The notes under the pieces: generated by a model
What the model saw: the letters and a program-made list of their open reading frames with translations, nothing else
Database searches by the model: none
What the model was told of the DNA's origin: nothing
Shown here: piece after piece, positions 39,951 to 49,948 of the stretch
Numbering within the stretch: position 1 is the stretch's first letter
How the letters are laid out: each line of letters starts with the position of its first letter
Translations under genes and position numbers: made by a program
Sequence record: DRR723986_5317
DNA length: 64,000 bases
Reading direction: 5' to 3' (one strand)

Positions 39951-40364
39951 TTATTTTACCGGGAAATCAACCTTACAATCTTCACATTTATATTGATATC
40001 TAGTGCTAAAAGGTAAGGTGCCAAATAGAAATCCTATGAAGAATGACATAAAAGATTTGAAATCTGTGATGGTAGAATACAAACTAACATGTTGATTATT
40101 GCAATTGGGGCAAGTAAATGGTTTACCATCATCATCAATAGAGTACGGTTTTATAGAATCAAGAATTTCTCTTGCCTTGTTTTCGTCTTTTGCAAGGACT
40201 TTTAGCTTTACACCACCTATAGCTTGACTCACTAAAGGATCTGTGTCTATTGTAATATTGTCCCTCAGAAAAACTTCAATACCATCTGCTTCTAAACGGC
40301 CTTTTACTATTTGTGCTTCGGTTGAGTATGGATATCGTGCTATGGTTACAAAAGTGTCTTTCAT
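39951..40364 (-). CDS. DUF2007-like protein with Zn ribbon
   Basis: A..VKGRLEADGI, GGVKLKV; CPNC...CEDC. Confidence 0.8.
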   Translation of the reverse strand: MKDTFVTIARYPYSTEAQIVKGRLEADGIEVFLRDNITIDTDPLVSQAIGGVKLKVLAKDENKAREILDSIKPYSIDDDGKPFTCPNCNNQHVSLYSTITDFKSFMSFFIGFLFGTLPFSTRYQYKCEDCKVDFPVK

Positions 40365-40373
40365 TCTTTAACT

Positions 40374-41105
40374 TTAAAAAAGTGTATCCTTTTGTACTGG
40401 TTGGATAATATAAGGTTGGTTCGTATCTATATTTCGTTTGTATAAATCATTACTTACAGGATGTGCAGAAAATGGTTTACTTGTCATACCAACTGCCATG
40501 AGTTCGTTGACTTCAGGTATAGTTAAACCATCATCTAACCAGTCTTCAAAATAATGCGGATCTAAAACCAAAGGCATGCGTTTGCCCTTGTTGTGTACTT
40601 CCATAAAAAAATCATTAGCATCTGTTGTAAGTATAGTTGTGCTTAACGTATTGTCATCAATTTCGTTATAAAGTCCTGCAAAAAGAAACAAATCTCCGTC
40701 GGGATTTTCAGTTGAGGGTTGGTAGCAGAAGTAGGGAATGGCCTTACCATTTTCATGATGAGGTTCGTAAAAACCATCTGCTAATATTAAACAACGTTTA
40801 TCTTCTGCACTATTTCTAAAGGAAGCCTTATCAAAAACAGATTCTGAGCGTGCATTTAAGGAGTTGCTTTTTTTTCTGAATGCTTCTGGATCATGTATTG
40901 CCCAATCTGGTATTATTCCCCAGCTAGCATCATAGATGGTATTGGGTTCGTCCATTTTAATGATTTGAATATTCCCATGTGTAAATCCGTTGAGGTGGAA
41001 ATATGGTTTGTAGGTTGAGTTGGCATCAAACTTTACCTTTATTTGATTGCGAAGCTCTTTTTCAATTTTTTCTCGTTCTTTCCGTAATGCTGTAGAGTAA
41101 CACAT
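40374..41105 (-). CDS. SOS response-associated peptidase (SRAP/HMCES/YedK family)
   Basis: Cys2 (MC), NARSE, RCLILADGFYE, H...RMP. Confidence 0.93.
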   Translation of the reverse strand: MCYSTALRKEREKIEKELRNQIKVKFDANSTYKPYFHLNGFTHGNIQIIKMDEPNTIYDASWGIIPDWAIHDPEAFRKKSNSLNARSESVFDKASFRNSAEDKRCLILADGFYEPHHENGKAIPYFCYQPSTENPDGDLFLFAGLYNEIDDNTLSTTILTTDANDFFMEVHNKGKRMPLVLDPHYFEDWLDDGLTIPEVNELMAVGMTSKPFSAHPVSNDLYKRNIDTNQPYIIQPVQKDTLF

Positions 41106-41130
41106 GATTCTAAGATAGTGATTTTCCTAA

Positions 41131-42348
41131 TTATTGATGCCTATTTGCCAATAGAGGTGGTGGTTCACCAGTAAAGGGATTCCAACGACTAATGGTTTTT
41201 GCTTCCATTCCTGCTGCGCTGATAACAGCTCTATCACCATAACGTTCCCGCATTTTGTCTATGGCTTGTGCTAGATTGAGTTGTATCTCGTTGTCTTCAA
41301 ATAAGTTGATTTGATGGCCACCTTCTACCAAATGACTAAAACGCACACCTATTAAACGGACCAATAACCTGCGATTGTATAGTTTATTAAACAGATCTAA
41401 AACAACAGGTATAATATTATGGTCCATAGCACTATATGGTATACGCTTTTGCTGTGTGTAGGTCTGAAAATCGGAATATCGAATCTTAAATGTCACACAA
41501 GCGGTTAACTTATTACCACGTCTTAGTTGATATGCTAAATTTTCTGCCATAGCAATAACCAATCCTTTTAGTTTGTTAACATTGGTGGTGTCTTGCCCAA
41601 AAGTGCGCTCAGTAGAAATAGATTTGCGCTCATGATATTGTATTACAGGACTATTGTCTATACCATTGGCTTTTTTCCAAATGGATAGACCATTTTTGCC
41701 TAGCACTTTATGCATGAGTTCCATCGGCATATCTTGTACGGTCTTAATGCGTTTAACGCCCAAATCACAAAGTACTTTATAGGTAACATTACCAACCATC
41801 GGGATTTTTTTTACTGACAGTGGCGCCAAGAAGGGTTTTTCGGTACCTGAAAGAATTCTAATCTCGTTATTAGGTTTGGCTTCGCCTGTAGCAATTTTTG
41901 AAACGGTTTTATTCATTGATAAGCCAAAAGAAATAGGTAATCCTGTTTCTTTAATAATGCGCTGGCGCAACTCTGAAGCTAGTTTGTGGCAACCAAAGAA
42001 TTTATCCATTCCGGTAAGGTCTATATAAAATTCATCTACAGATGTTTTTTCGTAAAGTGGCACACTTTCTTTTATAACATCAGTAACATTCTGTGAAAAC
42101 TTAGTGTAAATACCAGAGTTGCCTCTAAGTATAATAGCTTCTGGGCATAATTGTTTTGCCATACGCATTGGCATAGCAGAGTGTACGCCAAATTTGCGTG
42201 CTTCGTAACTGCAAGATGCCACAACACCCCTATCGCTGGTGCCACCAATGAGTACGGGTTTTCCGTTTAGGCTACTATCTAATAAGCGCTCGCAAGACAC
42301 AAAAAAGGTATCTAAATCCATATGTACTATAGAGCGATTAGCGTTCAT
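41131..42348 (-). CDS. dinB: DNA polymerase IV (Y family)
   Basis: HMDLDTFF, SYEARKFGV, SVDE catalytic motifs; QINLF clamp-binding motif. Confidence 0.95.
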   Translation of the reverse strand: MNANRSIVHMDLDTFFVSCERLLDSSLNGKPVLIGGTSDRGVVASCSYEARKFGVHSAMPMRMAKQLCPEAIILRGNSGIYTKFSQNVTDVIKESVPLYEKTSVDEFYIDLTGMDKFFGCHKLASELRQRIIKETGLPISFGLSMNKTVSKIATGEAKPNNEIRILSGTEKPFLAPLSVKKIPMVGNVTYKVLCDLGVKRIKTVQDMPMELMHKVLGKNGLSIWKKANGIDNSPVIQYHERKSISTERTFGQDTTNVNKLKGLVIAMAENLAYQLRRGNKLTACVTFKIRYSDFQTYTQQKRIPYSAMDHNIIPVVLDLFNKLYNRRLLVRLIGVRFSHLVEGGHQINLFEDNEIQLNLAQAIDKMRERYGDRAVISAAGMEAKTISRWNPFTGEPPPLLANRHQ

Positions 42349-45300
42349 ATTGTGCTTTTAAATCTTTGAAACTCTTCTTCCTTTGAAATGTTGGATTAGA
42401 TGATTTTATAGAATAACGAGGGTCTTCAATAACAGCTAAACGTTCAAGCTTTGAAACTTCAATAGATACACAGTCAAATTCTATCATTACCTTGCCTGTA
42501 ATTTCGTAAACACCTTTCCCTCTAAAAGGATATTTACTGGCAATAGGTGGAAAGTGAACGGTATCTATAAAATCACCATCTCTATCTAAAAATGTACCGA
42601 AATACATGCGCTTACCCTTAGAAGTGCTTGTGTTTTTGGTGGTAACCAGATAGCCTTCAATTCTTATGTATTTACCTTCAAGTTGTTCTAGATGTTGGGC
42701 GCGTAGCTTACTTGTTGATGGTACTTCTAACAAGTGAAATGGATTACATAATGGAAAGCCCAGCAGTTCAATTTCATCAAACGCATTTTCTAATGCTGTA
42801 CTTGGTAGCTCTGGTGTGTTGTAGTTGATTCGTCTTATCTTAAACAAGGTAATCACATGTTCTTGTATTACTGTTTTGCTAATCTTTAAATGTGCTTCCC
42901 AGAGCAGTTCGCGCTTGTTGATGTTTGTAAATCGAAACGCGTTGATCTTTATCAAAATGCTAATTTGCTCTATTGAAATAGGAACCCGTTCTATAAAATC
43001 GTCTAACGATTTAAAGGTACCGTTTTGTTTACGCTCTCTAAGGGTACGTACTGTAGTTCTAGACTCAAAAGATTGTAAAAACATAAACCCTAGATAAATA
43101 GTATTACCTCTGATAATAGCTTGATTGTAAGAGTTGTTAATACATGGCGATTCAATACTGCCATTATGCATTCTGGCTTCATGAACATAGAGTTCTGTAC
43201 TGTAAAAACCACCAAAATTATTAATGGTAGCTGTCATGTATTCTAGCGGATAATAGGCTTTTAAGAATAGGCTTTGATAACTTTCTACAGCGTAAGATGC
43301 TGAGTGTCCTTTGGCAAAAGCATAACCAGCGAAACTTTCAATCTGTCGCCATATTTCTGCAGTAAGTTCTAGAGATTTACCATCGTTTTTACAGTTATCA
43401 AAAAACTGTTGTTTTACTTTTAAAAACTCTGCTCTAGACCTAAACTTACCAGACATACCACGACGTAACATATCAGCTTCACCAAGTGTGAGTCCGCCAA
43501 AATAGTGCGCTACCTTAATCACGTCTTCTTGATACACCATAACACCATAGGTTTCTGGCATTATATCTAAGAGTACAGCAGGTGCATCCTTTCTTTTTTC
43601 TGGATGACGACAACGTAAAATGTACTGGCGCATCATACCGGATTTTGAAACACCAGGCCTAATAACAGAACTTGCGGCCACTAAACCAAGGTAGTCGTCT
43701 ACTCTAAGTTTTTTTAAAAGCATACGCATCGCAGGTGATTCTACATAAAAGCAACCAATAGCCTTGGCATTTTTGAGTAAGTATTTTATGCGTTCGTCTT
43801 CTTTGAAGCCCTTAATATTATGGATGTCTACAGGTGGTTGGTCACTGTAGTTTTTGTCAATAATTTCTACGGTGTCTTTTATTTTGCCTAGACCGCGTTG
43901 ACTTAAAATATCGAACTTATACAAGCCAATATCTTCTGCCACAACCATATCAAATTGTGTGGTAGAAAACCCTTTTGGTGGCATAAACGTAGCACCATAG
44001 TAATGGATTGGTTTTTCTGAAATTAAAATACCACCTGCGTGTATACCAAGATAGTTAGGAAACCCTTCAATATATTGACTGTATTTAAGTACAAGTAATG
44101 ATAGTCTATCCAGTTTTTTAATATTAAACCTTCCTCTTGTTAGCATATCCATTTCAGACTTTGGCAATCCAAATACTTTCCCCAGTTCTCTGACAGACGC
44201 TCTAAATTTAAAGGTGTTATATACCGTAATAAGTGCCGTATGCTTAAAACTGTTGAAGATAAATTTGGTAATATCATCTCTGTCTTTCCACGAGAAATCA
44301 ATATCAAAATCGGGTGGATTTTGTCTAAAGAGATTAATGAAGCGTTCAAAGTACAAGTCGAGCTCAATAGGATCTACATCTGTAATACGAAGCAGATAAG
44401 CAATAATACTATTAGCGCCACTACCACGACCAACGTAGTAGTAATCCTTGCTACGTGCGTACTGTAAAATCTTCCAATTGATTAAAAAGTAAGACACAAA
44501 GCCTTTTTGCTTTATAATGTCCAGCTCTTTTTTTATACGGTTGTATATTTTAGAATCTACATTATTCCCATATCGGTAGGGAATACCTTCATAGGTTAGT
44601 TTTTCTAAAAGTTCGCAATCAGAATCGGCATTTTCTGTGAGGAATCGTTGGTTTTTTGGTATTGGATTTTCAAAATCGAATGTAATGGAACAATCATCCA
44701 ATAAGTTCTCTGTATTGCTAATAAGACTTGGGAATTCCGAATACATTTCACATAATTCGTCATATGGTAGCATTTTATCATCCTCATAGCCTTCTTCAGA
44801 TTTAGGAAGCTTACTTAATAGGGTGTTATTGTCAATAGCGCGCAATAAACGATGGATGTTAAACCCTTTTTTATTTTGAAAAGAAACGGTTTTTAGAACT
44901 ACTAATTTCTCTCTGTGTTTATTCCATTTAGAGAATTTCAATTGGTTGAGGTCTTTAGGCGCAATGCCTAAAAATTCATTTGGTTTCAAGTTGAAATCTT
45001 TCCCTTTTTGGTATGGGTAAATCACAAAACAATCGTCTAAGACATGTTCTGGTCGTTCAGGAATTTTTAAATCGTGATTATGAAGAAATTTAGACAGATA
45101 ATCATTTATATTTTGAAAACCCTCATTGTTTTTTGCGATTAAAATAAACTCTTGATGGGCTTTGTTTCTAAAATCTACACCAAGAACAGGTTTCACCTTG
45201 TATTTTTTGGATAGACGAACGATATCTAAACAAGCTGAGGTCGTATTAATATCTGTAAGCGCTAAAGTCTGCACACCATTTTCTGAAGCAAAGGCAAGCA

Positions 45301-45361
45301 GTTGCTCAGGTTTTATGGTGCCGTAACGAAGGCTATAATATGTATGACAGTTTAAATACAT
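42338..45361 (-). CDS. dnaE2: Error-prone DNA polymerase III alpha homologue
   Basis: PHP domain, GRGSGANS, PDFDID, HAGG, FAKGHS; 1007 aa; overlaps dinB start. Confidence 0.9.
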   Translation of the reverse strand: MYLNCHTYYSLRYGTIKPEQLLAFASENGVQTLALTDINTTSACLDIVRLSKKYKVKPVLGVDFRNKAHQEFILIAKNNEGFQNINDYLSKFLHNHDLKIPERPEHVLDDCFVIYPYQKGKDFNLKPNEFLGIAPKDLNQLKFSKWNKHREKLVVLKTVSFQNKKGFNIHRLLRAIDNNTLLSKLPKSEEGYEDDKMLPYDELCEMYSEFPSLISNTENLLDDCSITFDFENPIPKNQRFLTENADSDCELLEKLTYEGIPYRYGNNVDSKIYNRIKKELDIIKQKGFVSYFLINWKILQYARSKDYYYVGRGSGANSIIAYLLRITDVDPIELDLYFERFINLFRQNPPDFDIDFSWKDRDDITKFIFNSFKHTALITVYNTFKFRASVRELGKVFGLPKSEMDMLTRGRFNIKKLDRLSLLVLKYSQYIEGFPNYLGIHAGGILISEKPIHYYGATFMPPKGFSTTQFDMVVAEDIGLYKFDILSQRGLGKIKDTVEIIDKNYSDQPPVDIHNIKGFKEDERIKYLLKNAKAIGCFYVESPAMRMLLKKLRVDDYLGLVAASSVIRPGVSKSGMMRQYILRCRHPEKRKDAPAVLLDIMPETYGVMVYQEDVIKVAHYFGGLTLGEADMLRRGMSGKFRSRAEFLKVKQQFFDNCKNDGKSLELTAEIWRQIESFAGYAFAKGHSASYAVESYQSLFLKAYYPLEYMTATINNFGGFYSTELYVHEARMHNGSIESPCINNSYNQAIIRGNTIYLGFMFLQSFESRTTVRTLRERKQNGTFKSLDDFIERVPISIEQISILIKINAFRFTNINKRELLWEAHLKISKTVIQEHVITLFKIRRINYNTPELPSTALENAFDEIELLGFPLCNPFHLLEVPSTSKLRAQHLEQLEGKYIRIEGYLVTTKNTSTSKGKRMYFGTFLDRDGDFIDTVHFPPIASKYPFRGKGVYEITGKVMIEFDCVSIEVSKLERLAVIEDPRYSIKSSNPTFQRKKSFKDLKAQYER

Positions 45362-45365
45362 GGGA

Positions 45366-45391
45366 CTAACAAAATTAGCTACTATATGTAG
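45366..45391. promoter_or_regulatory. Tandem palindromic operators overlapping the dnaE2 -7 box
   Basis: CTAA-caaaa-TTAG (45366-45378) and CTAC-tatat-GTAG (45379-45391); minus-strand TAATTTTG at 45377-45370. Confidence 0.75.
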
Positions 45392-45402
45392 TTTTTATTG
45401 CT

Positions 45403-45410
45403 TATATTTG
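45403..45410 (+). promoter_or_regulatory. -7 promoter element of the repressor gene
   Basis: TATATTTG matches TAnnTTTG, 27 nt before TTG start. Confidence 0.7.
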
Positions 45411-45437
45411 TAGTAAATACTGTTAAAATTAATTTAG

Positions 45438-46208
45438 TTGAAACCTATACAAGCTAACATAAAGCACCTCAGGTCTTTAAAGAAGTTATCTCAAGAGCGC
45501 TTTGCAGATGATTTGGGATGGACACGTTCTGTAGTTGGGTCTTATGAAGAGGGAAGAAGCGAACCACCTATAGAACGTTTGATAGACCTGTCTAATTATT
45601 TCAATATTCCTATAGATATTTTGGTGCGTAAAGATTTACGTAAAGCAAAGGATACTTCGTTTATAGAAGTAGGGAATAAGCGTGTGTTATTTCCTGTAAC
45701 GGTTAACGAAGACAATGAGGATTTGATTGAGATTATACCTGCAAAAGCTTCGGCAGGCTATTTGTCTGGTTATGATGATCCCGAATATATAGAGCAACTT
45801 CAAAAGATAAAGTTACCCTTTCTACCTACAGGAACACATAGAGCATTTCCCATTAAGGGTGATTCTATGTTGCCAGTTAAGGATGGTGCATTTGTAGTCG
45901 CGAAGTTTGTTGAAGATATTGAGGATATTAGAAACGGAAAAACGTATATCGTTTTAACTAAGAACGATGGTCTAGTTTATAAGCGTATATATCTTACAGA
46001 TGATGATAGTAATGACTTATTATTGAGTTCTGATAATAAGGCCTACAAACCTTACCTAGTTTCTAAAGAAAGTATATTAGAGCTTTGGGAATTTACCTGT
46101 TGTATCAATACGCAAGAGTACGATGAAAAGGAATTAAAGCTTAGTAGTATCATGACGATGTTTCAAGAACTTAAAGTAGAGTTAGAGGCAGTAAGACAAA
46201 TGCCTTAA
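45438..46208 (+). CDS. LexA-like XRE-HTH / S24 autopeptidase repressor
   Basis: XRE HTH (SQERFA...SYEEGRSEP), Ala-Gly site ASAGY, GDSM serine and VYKR lysine. Confidence 0.92.
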   Translation: MKPIQANIKHLRSLKKLSQERFADDLGWTRSVVGSYEEGRSEPPIERLIDLSNYFNIPIDILVRKDLRKAKDTSFIEVGNKRVLFPVTVNEDNEDLIEIIPAKASAGYLSGYDDPEYIEQLQKIKLPFLPTGTHRAFPIKGDSMLPVKDGAFVVAKFVEDIEDIRNGKTYIVLTKNDGLVYKRIYLTDDDSNDLLLSSDNKAYKPYLVSKESILELWEFTCCINTQEYDEKELKLSSIMTMFQELKVELEAVRQMP

Positions 46209-46275
46209 ATATCTGACTACTCAAAAGCGAAAGGTTAGGTTATTAAATTCTTATATTTACTTAAGAATTGATAAA

Positions 46276-49200
46276 ATGCAACCCAGACTTTTACTACTAA
46301 TATATTTGCTAATCTGCTTTGCGTGTAAGGATAATTCAGTTCCTTATAAAGATGGAACCACCACATTATTTACAAATATCCCATCGAGTCATTCCAATAT
46401 AGATTTCATAAATAAGATTGAAGAAACAGTAGATTTCAATTTCTTAAATTACAGTTATATCTATAATGGAGGAGGTGTTGCAGTTGGAGATATAAATAAT
46501 GATGGATTAGAAGATATTTACTTCACGTCAAATCAGCAGTCCAATAGATTATACCTTAATAAAGGCAACTTCGTTTTTGAGGATATCACTGAAGACGCTA
46601 ATGTAATGGATGATCAAGGTTGGTCTACAGGTGTGACTATGATAGATATTAATAATGATGGTTGGTTAGACATTTATGTTTGTAAATCAGCCTCTATAAA
46701 AAACAGAAAGGCAAGGCAAAATAAGCTCTACATAAACCAAAAGGATAATACTTTTAAAGAGGAAGCTTTAAAATATGGCCTTAAGGATTATAGCTTTTCA
46801 ACCCAAGCTTACTTTTTAGATTATGATAAGGATGGCGATTTAGATATGTATCTTGTTAATCATAGTCTCGATACTAACAAAGATTTATATCTGCAACCTC
46901 AAGATCTACCGAGTATCACAAAAGACGACATAGATCGCTTATATCAAAATAACAACGGCAAATTTAAGGACGTGACAAAATCAGCAGGAATTTCGTTTGA
47001 CAAGGCTTGGGGTTTAAGCGCATCAATTGGGGATTTTAATAATGATACATGGCCGGATATTTATGTGGCTAACGATTTTTTTGAACCAGACTTTTTATAC
47101 ATCAATAACCAAGATGGGACATTTACAAATTCTGTTCTAGACGCTTTTAAGCATATTTCTAACAATAGTATGGGCTCTGATTTTGCGGATATTAATAATG
47201 ACTTAATGGCTGATCTAATAGTCTTAGACATGCTAGCCTCAGACAGAAAACGAGGTAAGGAAAATATGGCATCCATGGATATTGCGAAGTTTAATCGTAT
47301 GGTTAAACAAGGGTATCATCATCAATACATGTCTAATATGTTACAATTGAATAATGGAAATGGCACCTATAGTGAAATAGGTCAATTCTCAGGTATTGCA
47401 AAAACCGATTGGAGCTGGGCGCCTTTAATTGCTGATTTTGATAATGATGGTTTTAATGATGTATTTATTACAAACGGGATTGAAAAGGATATCGCCAATC
47501 AAGATTTTAGAAGAACCATGCTTAAAAAAGATTTAAGCACTAATAAAGAAGAAAGATTTAAAGAAGCTCAAGAGATAATCCCATCGGCTAAGTTGGCCAA
47601 TTTCATGTTTATAAATAATCAAGATTACACATTTAAGGATTCATCTTCAAAATATGGTTTTGGTAAAAATATAAATTCTAATGGTGCCGCTTACGGTGAC
47701 TTAGATAATGATGGTGATTTAGATTTGGTATTGAATAACCAATCTGACATGGCTTCAATATATCGTAATAATTCTGAAACTAACTTTCTTAGTATTGAAT
47801 TAAAAGGACCTAAACATAACATCAATGGAATTGGTACAAGAATTGAACTTTATGCAAAAGATACCAAGCAACTCAGAGAATTCTATGCAAGTAGAGGGTA
47901 CCAATCATCGGTGAGCAATCAAGTTAATTTCGGACTAGGTTCATTTCAAAAGATTGATAGTATTAAAGTCACTTGGTCAGAAAACAAATCTCAAACTCTA
48001 ACCAATATTGATGCTAACCAAAAGTTGACTATTGATTACTCTGATGCTGAGGAAAACATCAACTTAAAGAAGGAGAGTGTCAAATTATTTGAATCTGTTT
48101 CAGCTGATGAATTAGGGATTGATTATAAGCACAAGTCAGTTGACTTCAATGATTATGACCTGCAATTGTTATTACCACAAAAGCAATCTACAATAGATAA
48201 TACGCTTGTAGTCGCAGATGTTAATAATGATGGATTGGATGATTTTTTTGTTGGAAATACAAAGGGCTATTCAGCTGAAATGTATGTTCAAAATAAAGAG
48301 GGAAAGTTCTATAAAAGCAATCAATCTTTGTTTGAAAACGAAAAGGCCTATAATGATAATAATGCATTATTCTTCGATGCTGATAATGACAATGACTTAG
48401 ATTTATATGTTGCTTCAGGCAATTATAGTGAAGATGAAGATAGTCTTTTACTTCAGGATAGATTGTATATAAACGACGGTAAAGGAAATTTTTCAAAAGG
48501 AAAACTACCTGTAATGCTAACGGTTACCAAGGCTATTGCATCGGGTGATTTTGATAATGATGGTGATTTAGATTTATTTGTTGGTGGACGTGTGGTTCAT
48601 GGTAAATACCCTGAAACACCAGAATCCTATTTATTAGAAAATATAAACAGCAATTTTGTTAATGTAACATCCAATAATGGAGATGAGTTGAAAAATCTTG
48701 GTTTGGTAAATGATGCCGTTTTTTCGGATTACGATAAGGATGGTGATAAAGACTTAATCGTGGTGGGTGAGTGGATACCAGTTAGTTTTTTTAAGAATAA
48801 CGAAGGCATTTTTACTAAGGTCAACCAGGAATCAGATATTAAAACAGGGTGGTATCAAACTATAAGTGCTGTAGATTATGATAATGATGGTGATGAAGAT
48901 TATTTTGTAGGGAATTATGGCGAGAATAATAAATTCCATCCAACTCAGGACAAACCATTACACATATATGCTAATTATTTTGATGACAATGAAAGCTATG
49001 ATATTGCATTGAGTAAGGAAGAAAAAGGAGAATTATTTCCGGTAAGAGGTAAGGAATGTTCATCGCAACAAACCCCTTTTTTAAACGAAAAAATTGGTAC
49101 TTATAGCGAATTTTCAAATTCAACTATTATTGATGTATATGGTAAGGATAATATAGAAACTGCTCTTCATTTGAAAGCTACTACGTTCAGTTCCTACTAC

Positions 49201-49542
49201 ATTGAAAATAAAGGTAATGGCAACTTCGTGTTTTCGGTTTTACCTAATGAAGCACAATTTGGCCCTACATTAGATTTCGAATTTTTGGAACTGAATAATG
49301 ATGATACACTTGAAGTCATAGGGATTGGAGGAATTTATGATGCGGAAGTTGAAACTATACGTTATGATGCTTCTAATGGCTATCTAATTAAAAATGGAGA
49401 ATTAGATTTAACCTATAATGTAGGTTTATTAAATATTACCGAGGAAGAATCAAAAAATTCAGAATGTATAACAATCGATGACAGTGAATATTTAATTATA
49501 AAAATGGTGAATAGTGAACTGAAGATAATTAAGCTTAATTAG
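46276..49542 (+). CDS. VCBS/FG-GAP repeat lipoprotein with ASPIC/UnbV domain
   Basis: Lipobox FAC; many D.N.DG..D repeats; RGYQSS....NFGLG. Confidence 0.9.
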   Translation: MQPRLLLLIYLLICFACKDNSVPYKDGTTTLFTNIPSSHSNIDFINKIEETVDFNFLNYSYIYNGGGVAVGDINNDGLEDIYFTSNQQSNRLYLNKGNFVFEDITEDANVMDDQGWSTGVTMIDINNDGWLDIYVCKSASIKNRKARQNKLYINQKDNTFKEEALKYGLKDYSFSTQAYFLDYDKDGDLDMYLVNHSLDTNKDLYLQPQDLPSITKDDIDRLYQNNNGKFKDVTKSAGISFDKAWGLSASIGDFNNDTWPDIYVANDFFEPDFLYINNQDGTFTNSVLDAFKHISNNSMGSDFADINNDLMADLIVLDMLASDRKRGKENMASMDIAKFNRMVKQGYHHQYMSNMLQLNNGNGTYSEIGQFSGIAKTDWSWAPLIADFDNDGFNDVFITNGIEKDIANQDFRRTMLKKDLSTNKEERFKEAQEIIPSAKLANFMFINNQDYTFKDSSSKYGFGKNINSNGAAYGDLDNDGDLDLVLNNQSDMASIYRNNSETNFLSIELKGPKHNINGIGTRIELYAKDTKQLREFYASRGYQSSVSNQVNFGLGSFQKIDSIKVTWSENKSQTLTNIDANQKLTIDYSDAEENINLKKESVKLFESVSADELGIDYKHKSVDFNDYDLQLLLPQKQSTIDNTLVVADVNNDGLDDFFVGNTKGYSAEMYVQNKEGKFYKSNQSLFENEKAYNDNNALFFDADNDNDLDLYVASGNYSEDEDSLLLQDRLYINDGKGNFSKGKLPVMLTVTKAIASGDFDNDGDLDLFVGGRVVHGKYPETPESYLLENINSNFVNVTSNNGDELKNLGLVNDAVFSDYDKDGDKDLIVVGEWIPVSFFKNNEGIFTKVNQESDIKTGWYQTISAVDYDNDGDEDYFVGNYGENNKFHPTQDKPLHIYANYFDDNESYDIALSKEEKGELFPVRGKECSSQQTPFLNEKIGTYSEFSNSTIIDVYGKDNIETALHLKATTFSSYYIENKGNGNFVFSVLPNEAQFGPTLDFEFLELNNDDTLEVIGIGGIYDAEVETIRYDASNGYLIKNGELDLTYNVGLLNITEEESKNSECITIDDSEYLIIKMVNSELKIIKLN

Positions 49543-49706
49543 GAACTAAAAGTCAAAAAATTGTGCACGCTTTTTTAGAACGAAGAAAGTGATAAGATTG
49601 CAATAAAATGTAATAAATTGAAAATCAATTAATTAATTTACATATGTTAATGAAAAGTTAATAAAAATTGCTTACATTGAAGACAACTAATCAATCATTT
49701 ATTTTC

Positions 49707-49880
49707 ATGGGAGCATTAAATCAGGATTTCCGGTACCCAAAATCATTTCAATTGTTTTTAGTATTAATATTTATTTTATTCTTGGCTATGTTTATTTATA
49801 CCTTTGTTGCAGTAATAGGTATATTCGATTCTGAGATTTATTCCAATACGATAGTTAGTATTGGTTCAATGCCACAATAA
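49707..49880 (+). CDS. Small single-TM protein (57 aa; start likely MGALN)
   Basis: One long hydrophobic helix; stop directly followed by a terminator. Confidence 0.55.
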   Translation: MGALNQDFRYPKSFQLFLVLIFILFLAMFIYTFVAVIGIFDSEIYSNTIVSIGSMPQ

Positions 49881-49883
49881 TCA

Positions 49884-49922
49884 AACAAAAAATGCGAAGT
49901 GATTCACTTCGCATTTTTTGTT
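49884..49922. terminator. Bidirectional terminator (19-bp perfect inverted repeat)
   Basis: AACAAAAAATGCGAAGTGA-t-TCACTTCGCATTTTTTGTT. Confidence 0.92.
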
Positions 49923-49948
49923 ATATAAATATAAACTACTTATTATTC

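Noticed and set aside
40374-49542. Prophage or mobile island suggested by the CI-like repressor
   Set aside because: No integrase, transposase, phage structural gene or att-like repeat seen; the repressor is explained by the mutagenesis cassette
46276-49542. Nucleotide repeats (GATAATGATGG-like) as an array
   Set aside because: They encode FG-GAP/VCBS protein repeats; irregular spacing, not CRISPR-like
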